In this document: one piece after another, positions 9,297 to 18,187 of the stretch
Position numbering within the stretch: position 1 is the stretch's first letter
Layout of the letters: each line of letters opens with the position of its first letter
From: Pseudomonadota bacterium
GTDB lineage: Bacteria > Pseudomonadota > Alphaproteobacteria > Geminicoccales > Geminicoccaceae
DNA length: 64,000 nt
Direction: 5' to 3'
Assembly: GCA_039197065.1 (NCBI GenBank)
Contig: JBCCUL010000014.1
Location: forward strand, 36,119 to 100,118
The notes under the pieces: generated by a model
What the model saw: only the letters and a program-made list of their open reading frames with translations
What the model was told of the DNA's origin: nothing
Databases searched by the model: none
Position numbers and translations under genes: made by a program

Positions 9297-10072
9297 GCCG
9301 TCAGACCTTTCGTCTGGGCCTCGTCTCTCAGAAGCTGCCGCACCTGGTTCAGGTCCTGCAGGGAATCGATGCTGATCGCGTCGCCCTCGAACAGGATCCC
9401 TTTCGCGCGTGTGCCATGCAGGCTGTGCGTCTCAAGGAAGCTCGATACTCGGATGGCATAGCAAAGACCGTTCCTGACATAGCTGCGATCCAGCTCCTGC
9501 CGGTTGACGTTCGGCCGGGCATTGGGAAGGCAAAAGCTTAGCGCGCCGTCCGCCGAGCGGTGCAGCTGCTTGAGGGGATGATATTTTTTTGCGACCGGGC
9601 TGACGGTAAAGGCCGCATCCCAGCCGTCCGTCTCGGCCGTGTCGACGGTCTCGCGAACGATCTCGGCGGTCCGAAGCGGCGATGTCGGCTCGAGAAGGGC
9701 CAGGGTGTCGTAGCTTTCACCCCGTGCCGCGAAGCTGTCGAGCGCGTGACGGATGGCATCAGCCACCAGGCTTTCGTCGGTCGCGAGGTCAGCTGGGCGC
9801 TTGAAGGGGGTGTCGACCCCGGCCTCCGCCGCTTCGTCGATATAAGCGTCACTGTCCGTGGAGACATAGATCCGATCGAACAAGCCGGTCTCTTGCGCAA
9901 CGGCGATGGCGCGCGCCAGCAAGGACTGACCCGCCACCACACGCAGATTCTTGCCCGGCACCCCCTTGCTGCCGCTCCGCGCGGGAATCATCGCGAGACG
10001 TCGTTTTGGGGCTTCGCCGAAGCTCGGATCGGAAGACATGGGCGGTTCGTGCTTTCGTTGGAAAGAGAGCAT
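9293..10072 (-). CDS. neuA: Acylneuraminate cytidylyltransferase (CMP-nonulosonate synthetase), NeuA-like
   Basis: AMIPARSGSKGVPGKNLR is the CMP-NeuAc synthetase N-terminal motif. The start is uncertain: ATG at 10072 or at 10039, neither with a clear SD. Confidence 0.85.
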   Translation of the reverse strand: MLSFQRKHEPPMSSDPSFGEAPKRRLAMIPARSGSKGVPGKNLRVVAGQSLLARAIAVAQETGLFDRIYVSTDSDAYIDEAAEAGVDTPFKRPADLATDESLVADAIRHALDSFAARGESYDTLALLEPTSPLRTAEIVRETVDTAETDGWDAAFTVSPVAKKYHPLKQLHRSADGALSFCLPNARPNVNRQELDRSYVRNGLCYAIRVSSFLETHSLHGTRAKGILFEGDAISIDSLQDLNQVRQLLRDEAQTKGLTA

Positions 10073-10272
10073 TGCGACACACCACAGCGCTACTTGTTCG
10101 AAAGGAAGGCTGAGGACTTTTGATGATGTTGACTCGCCTTAAAATTGTATCTAGATCGGTAAAATTCGATTGTAAATTGTTAATTCAATCGTATCTACCC
10201 CAATCTGCTAAGGGCTGCGCGACCTATGCGAAGCTACAAGAACCAACGCCCCTCACCTTTGAAGAGGGCGAC

Positions 10273-11631
10273 ATGACCGTGGCGTCATCGCGTCAACTCA
10301 TCCTGCCGGCCGAAATAAGATCCCGTGAATTCGACGCTAGGATCCTGCAGGGAATGCTTGCGGTTCAACGCGGATGGCAGGTCGTGCTCGGCTCCAAGAC
10401 CATGATCAGCCGCCATATCTGGCGTTTCCCGCGTGGCGTGTTTCTCTGCCAGACCCTGACCGGTCGTCGCGTCACCATTCTGGATCTGGTCAGCCGTCTC
10501 GGCATGCCGAGCGTCGGCTGGTGCGAGGAAGGGCTGATCTATCAGTCCAGCGACATCTACCTGATGCGCCGCGTTGCGCCGGCCACGCTGTCGAAGCTGT
10601 CCGCGGTTGTGGCTTGGGGCGAGCGCAGCCGGGCCGATCTCAGCGTTGTCGCCAACCCGCTTGGCATCGAAGTTCATAACCTCGGCAATCCGAGGCTTGA
10701 TCTGCTGCGCAGCCAGCTGCGCGGCGTCCATGACGAAGAGGTCGGCAGGCTTCGCAACCGCTTCGGCGATTTCATCCTCGTCAACACCAACTTCTCAAAC
10801 GTGAACTGCGCGCCTGAGGCCAAATCGCGGGCGATGCCCGCGGCCCCTCCAGGATCGAATGCGTCGGCCGATCTGATCGAACGCTTCGAAGCGTTTCGTG
10901 AATATCGCCGGGAACTCTTCGAACATTTTCAAGCGATGGTCCCAAAGCTGGCGAAGCGTTTCTCCAACCAGACGATCGTCATCCGCCCCCATCCCGCAGA
11001 AGACCCCAAGGTCTGGCAAGACATCGCCGCCCTGCATCCGAATGTCGAGGTCGTGCGCGAAGGATCGGTCGTGCCCTGGGTGCTCGCGTCCAGAGCCATG
11101 ATCCACAATGGCTGCACCACAGCGGTGGAGACGGCCTTGATGGATCGATGCCCGATCGCTTATTGCCCTGTGGTGCGGTCCGAGCTCGATGCCGTGCTTG
11201 CCAATGACATCAGCCGCGTCGCCGATGGCATCGACGAGCTGATCGGTCTGGTCGAGGCCGAAATCGATGGTGAGCTGGCTCTCGACGAGCAACAGCAGCA
11301 GACCCTCGATCGTTTCGTGTCCAGCCGTCAGGGCCCGCTCGCCTCGGAGCGCATTCTCGATCTGTGCGACGGCATCGCGGATGCTCACAAAGTCGAGACG
11401 ATCCGGGCACCTCTTCGCCCGCGTATCGGCGCCATGATGCGCCACGCCCAAAAGGCCATCAGGGTCAACCACCGGAACGATCGCTATCTCCCGACGGTCT
11501 TTCCCGCCACCGCCGCCGCCTATGTGGAGCGGCGCTGCGCCGCCATGGCGTCCTGTCTGGGCGAGACATCGTCACGCCGCGTCGCCGTGCGCGCCTTGGG
11601 CGGCAACATCTTCGAGATGAAGGCGGCATGA
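10273..11631 (+). CDS. Putative surface-carbohydrate biosynthesis protein (GT-B-like; candidate nonulosonate transferase)
   Basis: The ATG at 10273 follows GAGGG. LILPAEIRSREFDARILQGMLAV... and ...IVIRPHPAEDP... resemble the family I recall as 'surface carbohydrate biosynthesis protein' (surf_polysacc) and KpsS/KpsC-like capsule enzymes. The family assignment is from memory and was not searched. Confidence 0.45.
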   Translation: MTVASSRQLILPAEIRSREFDARILQGMLAVQRGWQVVLGSKTMISRHIWRFPRGVFLCQTLTGRRVTILDLVSRLGMPSVGWCEEGLIYQSSDIYLMRRVAPATLSKLSAVVAWGERSRADLSVVANPLGIEVHNLGNPRLDLLRSQLRGVHDEEVGRLRNRFGDFILVNTNFSNVNCAPEAKSRAMPAAPPGSNASADLIERFEAFREYRRELFEHFQAMVPKLAKRFSNQTIVIRPHPAEDPKVWQDIAALHPNVEVVREGSVVPWVLASRAMIHNGCTTAVETALMDRCPIAYCPVVRSELDAVLANDISRVADGIDELIGLVEAEIDGELALDEQQQQTLDRFVSSRQGPLASERILDLCDGIADAHKVETIRAPLRPRIGAMMRHAQKAIRVNHRNDRYLPTVFPATAAAYVERRCAAMASCLGETSSRRVAVRALGGNIFEMKAA

Positions 11632-11644
11632 CCGGACCGACGCC

Positions 11645-12277
11645 ATGAAGCTGATGCCCAACGATGACGACCGGACGCTGGCCAGGGAGACGTTCGAACG
11701 CTTTTCCTCCCGGCCCGGCGCGCAGCACATCGCGACCGAATTCGCGCTCACCTATCTGAGCGCTTTGCTGCGCACGAGCAGACCGTCATCCGTCCTGGAA
11801 TTCGGCGCCGGCATCGGCACGATCACCTCCATGCTCATGGACCATCCCTCCGGGATCGAGCATGTCACCTGCACCGAGGATCATCCTTTCTGTCTGGAGC
11901 AGCTCGATCTCAATCTCCGTCCTGAGCAAAAGGAGCGTCTGCGGCTGATCAAGGAAAAGAGCCGGATCGGCACGATCGATCGCAACTTCGATCTGATCAT
12001 TTTCGATGGCGAGTTCGGTGCGATCGAGAAGCTCCGGTTTCTCGATGATCGGGTCGCCTGTTTCGTCGAAGGCGCGCGCAATAGAACGCGCGATGCGATC
12101 GACCGACATCTGGCGGACCGCAGCCTCGCCTGTGACTTCACCAACTACAACCGTGGCCGAAAGCTGATGTCCATGTCGTGGCAGAAGAAGCGCCGGCTCG
12201 GCATGCGGCTGCCGAGACTGCAGTTCAACAAGGTGGTCAAGGGCTGTTGGGTGGGCGTCGTCAGCAGGTCGACCTGA
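11645..12277 (+). CDS. Class I SAM-dependent methyltransferase-like protein
   Basis: Motif I is VLEFGAGIGTITSML, with an acidic post-I motif DLIIFDGEFG. Its stop overlaps the next gene's start (TGATG at 12275-12279). Confidence 0.6.
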   Translation: MKLMPNDDDRTLARETFERFSSRPGAQHIATEFALTYLSALLRTSRPSSVLEFGAGIGTITSMLMDHPSGIEHVTCTEDHPFCLEQLDLNLRPEQKERLRLIKEKSRIGTIDRNFDLIIFDGEFGAIEKLRFLDDRVACFVEGARNRTRDAIDRHLADRSLACDFTNYNRGRKLMSMSWQKKRRLGMRLPRLQFNKVVKGCWVGVVSRST

Positions 12278-13293
12278 TGGACATGCCAGAGACCATCGAT
12301 CTCAAGGAAACAGCGAGTCGCATGCGGCGGCTCGATGTCTGCCCTTCCTGTGTTAGCGGTGATCTGTGCGATCTTTTCGACGACAACGACATCTCCGCCA
12401 ATGAAGACCTGCCGGCGGCACTTCGCCGGAGCGACTATCGCCTCTGCCGTCATTGCCTCTTGATCTTCGCTTCCTGGAGGCAGCTGCCGGAAGCCGCCGA
12501 TGCCTATTACAATCTGTTCCCAAGTCTGGAAAAGCGCGACTACGCCAACTATCCGCCACCGGAGACTTACAGAGGCAACAAATCGAAGGTCGCCGACTGG
12601 ATCGCCAAAGAGCTCGAAAAGGCCGGGCTTCTAAAAGACCGTGTCAGACTTCTCCATGTGCGCTGCGACTGCGGAAGCCTGGGGCCGGCGATCCGACGGC
12701 ATGTCGCCGACCCTGCCATAGTGGGCCTCGACTATTTCGATTCGAATATCCGATTTGCCAATGAGCGTGGCGGGGTCGAGGCAGCAAGTCTCAATCCCGC
12801 CGGCGCGACGTTGATGGATCAGGAGGCATTCGACGTCATCGTCATCAACCACATGTTCACCCACGCCTTGGACCCGCGCCGCGATCTTGAAATCTATCTG
12901 CAGATGCTTGGCCCTGAGGGCAGCCTGTTCATCTATAACGAGATCGATTTTTCTGAGACGCTTCGGCTGGGCGGGCGCTATTTTCGTCTGAAGCCGGTCA
13001 ATAACTATCACAAGCAGCTCTTCTCGCCGCTTTCGTTTCAACGCTTTTTCGCAGCGGCGGGCTGCGAGGTCATCCGAGGGCAGCGGCGCAAGAACACGCT
13101 TACGGCGCTGGTGCGCCGCGATCCGCTTCTCAAACTCCAGCCGGCGAGCGTGGCCGAAGTCGACGCTGCCAGCGACCTGGTCGAAACGTGGATGGCCTAT
13201 CGTCGGTCCTTGAAGGGCAGGGTGCTCTCCTGGTCACCGATCCGAAAATCGCTGAGAGCGCTCGCTGGCCCATCGCCGGAGCTGCCTTTCTGA
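12277..13293 (+). CDS. Methyltransferase with N-terminal CxxC...CxxC zinc ribbon (sugar C-/N-methyltransferase-like architecture)
   Basis: Start at ATG 12277 (MDMPETIDL...). CPSCVSGDL...LCRHCLLIF resembles the zinc-binding N-domain of TylC3/NovU-type sugar methyltransferases, followed by a Rossmann-like segment LLHVRCDCGSLG...VIVINHMFTH. Confidence 0.6.
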   Translation: MDMPETIDLKETASRMRRLDVCPSCVSGDLCDLFDDNDISANEDLPAALRRSDYRLCRHCLLIFASWRQLPEAADAYYNLFPSLEKRDYANYPPPETYRGNKSKVADWIAKELEKAGLLKDRVRLLHVRCDCGSLGPAIRRHVADPAIVGLDYFDSNIRFANERGGVEAASLNPAGATLMDQEAFDVIVINHMFTHALDPRRDLEIYLQMLGPEGSLFIYNEIDFSETLRLGGRYFRLKPVNNYHKQLFSPLSFQRFFAAAGCEVIRGQRRKNTLTALVRRDPLLKLQPASVAEVDAASDLVETWMAYRRSLKGRVLSWSPIRKSLRALAGPSPELPF

Positions 13294-13327
13294 CCGTCTC
13301 CCTATGGGGACGGCGTCGTTCAGCCGA

Positions 13328-14860
13328 TCAGCGGGCCAATCGATAGATCCGCGCCGCCTCCCCTTCGAAAACCGGCGTCGCGCCCGTGCAGTCCAACGTC
13401 CTCGCCGTGTCTTCCAGCAGCAGATGTGTCGTGCCGTAGCGACGGACCACCTCGTCGAGCGCTGTGCAATCGACTCGGTCTCCTTGAAACACACGCCGCG
13501 CCAGCTGGTAGCGTCGGTGCCATTCCAGCACCTCGACGTCCTTATAGGGATGGGTCTTCCAGCTCACCAGCTGCGGCAGGCCGCTCTCCAACCTGATGTC
13601 CATGTCCCGTGGGTTGCTGAGATAGAGCGTCCGGGCGTCGCCGGTTTGCCGCATATAGCTGACGTGGTCAGGCGTCGCCGCCGGCTGGTAAAGCTCAACC
13701 TTTTCCAACGCGCCGCGCACCGTGACGCCCAAGACCAGCAGCGCGAGCAGAACGCCGAGCCCCTTACAAAGAACGGACGCCCCGCCTCCTCGCCGAGGCA
13801 AATCAAGGCCTGCCGCCACGGCATGGGCGAGGAGGACGGCGAGGCCAAGCGGGACGAGATAGACGGAGATGCGCCAGGGCGAGATCATGCCGAGTTCGGC
13901 GCTGTCCAGGGCGACGGTCAGGAGCGTGAGGCCGAGTGCGGTTCCGAAACAAAAAGCGATGATCCAGAAGAGATCCGGGCTGCGCTTGCGCACCAGCCAG
14001 AGAGCGAGCGCGCAGCCTGCGATCTTCGCCGCGGCGTCGATGTCGAACCAGTAGGCCGGCACGGCATGACCGGGGATGCGGACCTTGGCCAGGATCTCAT
14101 TCGCCTGCCGCCAGCTCTCAGCATCGGTCGGCAGGATCATCAGCCCCAGATATCCCATCGAGGTGGCGGCCGCCACCAGGGTTACCATTGCTATGAGTAA
14201 GCGGGGGCGTCTGGATCTGTCCGGGCTTAGCCAGGCGGCGAGCAGGAAGGCGAGGATCAGGGTGCCGGCGGGTACGACATAGCCCGGATGGATGATCGCC
14301 GGGACGGTGGTCAGCAGGAGGGCCGGCTCGGTGCGTCGTCTCATGAAGAGGACAACGGCAAGCAGGAAGAGAACGCCGAAGCTCTGCGGTTCGAGGGCTG
14401 GCCCCAGAAGATATTGCTTGGCGACCCCGCCCCAGACGCGCGCACCGCCATTCGAGAATTGCGAGGCGACGACCAGGGCGCCGACGATGATCTTGAACCA
14501 GGGGCGATCGGCCGCTTCCCCGAGGGCGAAAACGGCGAGATGCACCACCGCATAGAGGAAGACGGCAAAAAGTGCGATCTGCACGAGATAGCAGACGAAG
14601 GCCGGGGTCAGGACGTGCAGGGCGTAGACGATGCCCGTGAACACCGGCATCACGTCGATGGTATCAGCCGTCCAGTCCTGATCGAGATGGCCGATGCCGG
14701 CCGCCGCCATGCCGTGCAGGAACTTGGTGTTCTGGTTCTCGTAATAGAGGGACTCGGTCGGAAAGACCAAGAAGAACCAGGCGCCGAGCAGGAGGAAAAG
14801 GGCAAGGCTGCCAAGGGATGCCGGCTTGCCGGTTTCGAGCACGGTCGCTGCTGGCGTCAT
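13328..14860 (-). CDS. Large polytopic membrane protein (10 or more predicted TM helices) with a soluble C-terminal domain of about 120 aa; unknown family (GT-C/polymerase-like by architecture)
   Basis: Hydrophobic helices run throughout (LALFLLLGAWFFLVF, VMPVFTGIVYALHVL, IALFAVFLYAVVHLAVFAL...). The ATG at 14860-14858 forms an ATGA overlap with the upstream gene's stop. The track start at 14863 is GTG. Confidence 0.6.
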   Translation of the reverse strand: MTPAATVLETGKPASLGSLALFLLLGAWFFLVFPTESLYYENQNTKFLHGMAAAGIGHLDQDWTADTIDVMPVFTGIVYALHVLTPAFVCYLVQIALFAVFLYAVVHLAVFALGEAADRPWFKIIVGALVVASQFSNGGARVWGGVAKQYLLGPALEPQSFGVLFLLAVVLFMRRRTEPALLLTTVPAIIHPGYVVPAGTLILAFLLAAWLSPDRSRRPRLLIAMVTLVAAATSMGYLGLMILPTDAESWRQANEILAKVRIPGHAVPAYWFDIDAAAKIAGCALALWLVRKRSPDLFWIIAFCFGTALGLTLLTVALDSAELGMISPWRISVYLVPLGLAVLLAHAVAAGLDLPRRGGGASVLCKGLGVLLALLVLGVTVRGALEKVELYQPAATPDHVSYMRQTGDARTLYLSNPRDMDIRLESGLPQLVSWKTHPYKDVEVLEWHRRYQLARRVFQGDRVDCTALDEVVRRYGTTHLLLEDTARTLDCTGATPVFEGEAARIYRLAR

Positions 14861-16020
14861 CACGCGGCGGACCGATGGTCGGTAGCGGCGACGGACTGAA
14901 AAAATCCGGCGAGCGCCGCGGCACCGCGCTCGGCTGCCGTGCTTCCGGCCTCGATATGAAAGGTGTAGGCGAACGCGTCTTCCTGTTGTCGCCTGAAATC
15001 CGCACGGCTGGAAAAGGCGCGGTCCAGCGCCGGCTTCAGGCCATCGGACACGTCATCGACCACCTGGCCGAGCGTGAAATGCCGATAATGCGGATCATCC
15101 TTCCAGGCCACGCCTTGGGCGTTCAGGAAAATACAGGGTCTGGGTTCGGACAGGAATTCGTAGACCTGCGAGCTGGCGTCTCCGAGATAGATGTCGGCTG
15201 CCCGCATATAGGTCATGTCCGCCGAGCGGTCGCTGCCCTTGTCGATCAGGATGTTCGGTTTTCGCCCATACCCTTTCGGCATCCTGGCGCCATGGCGCTT
15301 GCTGCGCGTGAACAGCACCACATGGGGCGCGACGATCAGGTTGTAATCGGTGTTGGCGGCGAAGAAGTCGAGCACCGCCTCGCCCATGGTTTGCCAGGAG
15401 GACACGCGCTCATCGAAATGGGGTGCGTAGACCACGGTCGGGTTGTCGTTCCTGAAGAAGCGCTCCCGCTTCGGCTTCAGCTTTTGCATCACCTCGAATT
15501 TCGGCCAGCCGACCATGGCATGCGCGCCGAGGAAGCCCTGTTCGCGCAGGCCATCGACATATTTTTGACCGGGTAGCAGCGTGAAGTCGAAGTCGGCGCA
15601 GCGTTCGTCGAAACCACCTTCACGATCACCGGCGCCATGGCGGGTATGGATCATCTTGAGATCGCTGAGCCCAAATCTGCTGCGCAGCTTCAGGGCGTTG
15701 CGTTCCGGGGTGACCAGCGCGTCGAGGGAGCGAAAGAAGTCGAGATTCCGTTCGAGAATGAAGCGCTTGCGTTTCAGCTTCCAGCGCGACTTCACCTTGT
15801 CGATCAGCCACTGGGTGGGGCTGAGCGACAGTCTCATAACGGTGCAACGGTGGCCGGGATAAAGACAACCGATCGTTTCCACCATCGCCCTTTCCTTGTT
15901 CGTCGAGCAGGCGATGACGATCTCGAAGTCCGGCCGGATGCGCGACAGCTCGAAAGCGAAGGGTGCTGCATGCGGCACCTGATGGGCGGCGTAATGATTG
16001 AATAGAAAGCCGATGCGCAT
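14860..16020 (-). CDS. CDP-glycerol glycerophosphotransferase (TagB/TagF)-family protein
   Basis: VVYAPHFDERVSSW, LIVAPHVVL and ADMTYMRAADIYLGDASSQVYEFLSEPRPCIFLN match the TagF-family C-terminal pattern (YAPT.R ... KpHP ... D.lItDYSS...Efl...Piif). The ATG at 16020 (MRIGFLFNH) is preferred over the TTG at 16071. Confidence 0.65.
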   Translation of the reverse strand: MRIGFLFNHYAAHQVPHAAPFAFELSRIRPDFEIVIACSTNKERAMVETIGCLYPGHRCTVMRLSLSPTQWLIDKVKSRWKLKRKRFILERNLDFFRSLDALVTPERNALKLRSRFGLSDLKMIHTRHGAGDREGGFDERCADFDFTLLPGQKYVDGLREQGFLGAHAMVGWPKFEVMQKLKPKRERFFRNDNPTVVYAPHFDERVSSWQTMGEAVLDFFAANTDYNLIVAPHVVLFTRSKRHGARMPKGYGRKPNILIDKGSDRSADMTYMRAADIYLGDASSQVYEFLSEPRPCIFLNAQGVAWKDDPHYRHFTLGQVVDDVSDGLKPALDRAFSSRADFRRQQEDAFAYTFHIEAGSTAAERGAAALAGFFQSVAATDHRSAA

Positions 16021-16218
16021 GGGCGATCCCGATAGGGGCCGAACTACCGACCACCGGCGAATAGACGGCAAACGCCGACCTTGTCGCGTGGCCTGGCCAC
16101 TTTATTGCTTTGCTTCCACCGTTACAAAAATGCCGTCAGCCAAACCATCATCGCGGCAAGAAAGCCCGAACGTCTCACCCAGGCTCAGGCAAGTCCAGCC
16201 CGAGGTCGCCCCCCGGCC

Positions 16219-16818
16219 TCACTCGCGGGGCGCGCGCTTGTTCAGGATGCGCTGCAGGGTGCGGCGGTGCATGTTGAGGCGCCGCGCGGTCTCGGAGACG
16301 TTGCGGTTGCACTGCTCGAACACCCGCTGGATGTGCTCCCAGCGTACGCGGTCCGCGGACATCGGGTTGTCGCGCGGGGGCGGCAGACCCTGGCCGGTGC
16401 GCAGCAAGGCGGCGACCACGTCGTCCGCGTCGACCGGTTTGGCCAGATAGTCGGCGGCGCCGGCTTTGATCGCGGCGACGGCCGTTGCGATATTGCCGTA
16501 GCCGGTGACGATGACGATGCGGATTTCCGGGCGGAGTTCGCGCAGCGTCTTCAGGAGATCGAGCCCGCTGCCCTCGGCAAGCCGCATGTCGAGCACCGCG
16601 AATTCCGGACGATGCTCGCGCGCGAGCATTCTGCCGTCGGCCAGGCCTTCCGCCGGCAGCACGGTGAAGCCGCGGCGCTCCAAGGCGCGGGTCAGGGAAC
16701 GGCGGAGCGGCGCATCATCGTCCACCACCAGCAATTTGCGACCAGCGCCTGGCTGATCGACAGTATCCGAGCCCAGCGCTGATCCCAGCGCATTCTGACC
16801 GCTTCCCGGTTCATTCAT
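16219..16818 (-). CDS. actR: Response regulator ActR (RegA/PrrA family)
   Basis: Receiver domain LLVVDDD...DMRL...VIVTGYGNIATAVAAIKAGAADYLAKP, plus the highly conserved RegA HTH tail NVSETARRLNMHRRTLQRILNKRAPRE. Confidence 0.9.
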   Translation of the reverse strand: MNEPGSGQNALGSALGSDTVDQPGAGRKLLVVDDDAPLRRSLTRALERRGFTVLPAEGLADGRMLAREHRPEFAVLDMRLAEGSGLDLLKTLRELRPEIRIVIVTGYGNIATAVAAIKAGAADYLAKPVDADDVVAALLRTGQGLPPPRDNPMSADRVRWEHIQRVFEQCNRNVSETARRLNMHRRTLQRILNKRAPRE

Positions 16819-18187
16819 GATCGGGTCTCCGACGCATTTGTTCCATCGCCAGGCTCGCCCAGCTGATGATCACCTGCGCGCCCTTTGATTGGTTGCCAAA
16901 CTGCAGCGTTGCGCCGGTTCGCGCAAGTAAGGTCTGTGCGATGAACACACCAAGACCGAGGCCGCCGATGGCGTGGCGCGTCGAAATATAAGGTTCGCCG
17001 ACCAGGTCGAGCACCTCAGGCGAGAAACCGGGGCCGTCATCTTCGATGGTAATATCGAGGCGCTGACGATAAAGGCCTACTTTGATTGTTACGGCGCGCT
17101 CGGCAAATTGGATCGCATTGTCGATCAGATTGCCGAGCGCATGGCGCAGCTCCGGCGTGGGCACCCATGACGGTTCCGGCCTGGCGCCATTGGCCTTGTC
17201 CTCGACCTCGACGGTGACGGTGATGCCCGGACGCCGGTAGGACTCGGCCAGGTTGGCGAGCAGGCTGCCGAGCGGCACGGCGGTAAAAGCTGCGTGATCG
17301 TCGGCGTTCCGGTCCTGGCTGAGCGAGGCGAGGATCTCGCGGCAACGGGCACTCTGGCCAACGAGCTCCGCGATGTCTTCGGCCATGGGGCTGTCGGCCG
17401 GCGTGTCATGGGCGAGCTCCTTGGCGATGACGGCGATGGTCGCGAGCGGGCTGCCGAGCTCGTGGGCGGCGGCCGCTGCGAGACCACCGAGGGCCGACAT
17501 CTGTTGCTCGCGGGCGAGCGCCATCTGGGTCGCCGAAAGGGCGGCGGAAAGACGTCTGGCCTCATCAGCGACGCGCCAGGCATAGGCGGCGATCAGGCCG
17601 CTGCTCAGCACAAGCGCAACCCAGACGGCGGCGACGTAGAGAGGCGGCAGCAGCAGACCGCCGCCGGTCCAGGGAAGGGGGGTCGGCAGCAGGCCGAGCA
17701 GTGTCGCGCATGCCGTCACCATAATGCAGAGGATCACGGTGGTGCTGAGCGAAAGGATGGTGGCCGAAAGCGTGATCGGGATGATCAGCAGCACCGAGAA
17801 CGGGTTCTGCAGGCCGCCGGTCAGCGCCAGAAGGTAGGTGAGCTGCAGCATGTCGTAGCCGAGGAGCAGCGAGGCGGCGCGCTCGGTCAGGCGCGTGCTG
17901 GCGCTGAACCCGAGCTCGAGATAGAGGTTGATCAGGCCGGACAGCGCCACCGCGAGAAGAAGCGGTATCAGCGGCAGGTGGAATTCGAAGGACAGGTCGA
18001 CAAGGAGGATGGTGAAGGCCTGGCCGACGATGGCGACCCAGCGGATAAGGGTCAGGGTGCGCAGGCGCGCGCGCCGCTCGCCGCTGCCTGTGAGGACGCG
18101 CGCCAGCCAATTGCTGCTTTGCTTGCCGAGCGACTCCGGCTCTTCAGGCATTCGGCTGGACGTGGTCTCCAGCTCCTTGGCAATCAT
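16811..18187 (-). CDS. actS: Sensor histidine kinase ActS (RegB/PrrB family)
   Basis: Six N-terminal TM helices, H-box AAAAHELGSPLATI, and N/G boxes ALGNLIDNAIQFA and DDGPGFSPE...GLGLGVFIA. Overlaps the actR start by 8 nt. Confidence 0.9.
   Translation of the reverse strand: MIAKELETTSSRMPEEPESLGKQSSNWLARVLTGSGERRARLRTLTLIRWVAIVGQAFTILLVDLSFEFHLPLIPLLLAVALSGLINLYLELGFSASTRLTERAASLLLGYDMLQLTYLLALTGGLQNPFSVLLIIPITLSATILSLSTTVILCIMVTACATLLGLLPTPLPWTGGGLLLPPLYVAAVWVALVLSSGLIAAYAWRVADEARRLSAALSATQMALAREQQMSALGGLAAAAAHELGSPLATIAVIAKELAHDTPADSPMAEDIAELVGQSARCREILASLSQDRNADDHAAFTAVPLGSLLANLAESYRRPGITVTVEVEDKANGARPEPSWVPTPELRHALGNLIDNAIQFAERAVTIKVGLYRQRLDITIEDDGPGFSPEVLDLVGEPYISTRHAIGGLGLGVFIAQTLLARTGATLQFGNQSKGAQVIISWASLAMEQMRRRPDHE

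Noticed and set aside
8292-9461. 389-aa plus-strand ORF antisense to the neuB/neuA-like genes
   Set aside because: It has no motifs and runs antisense to two genes with textbook signatures. It is a typical GC-rich shadow ORF.
16081-16782. 233-aa plus-strand ORF antisense to actR
   Set aside because: Shadow ORF. ActR on the opposite strand is unambiguous.
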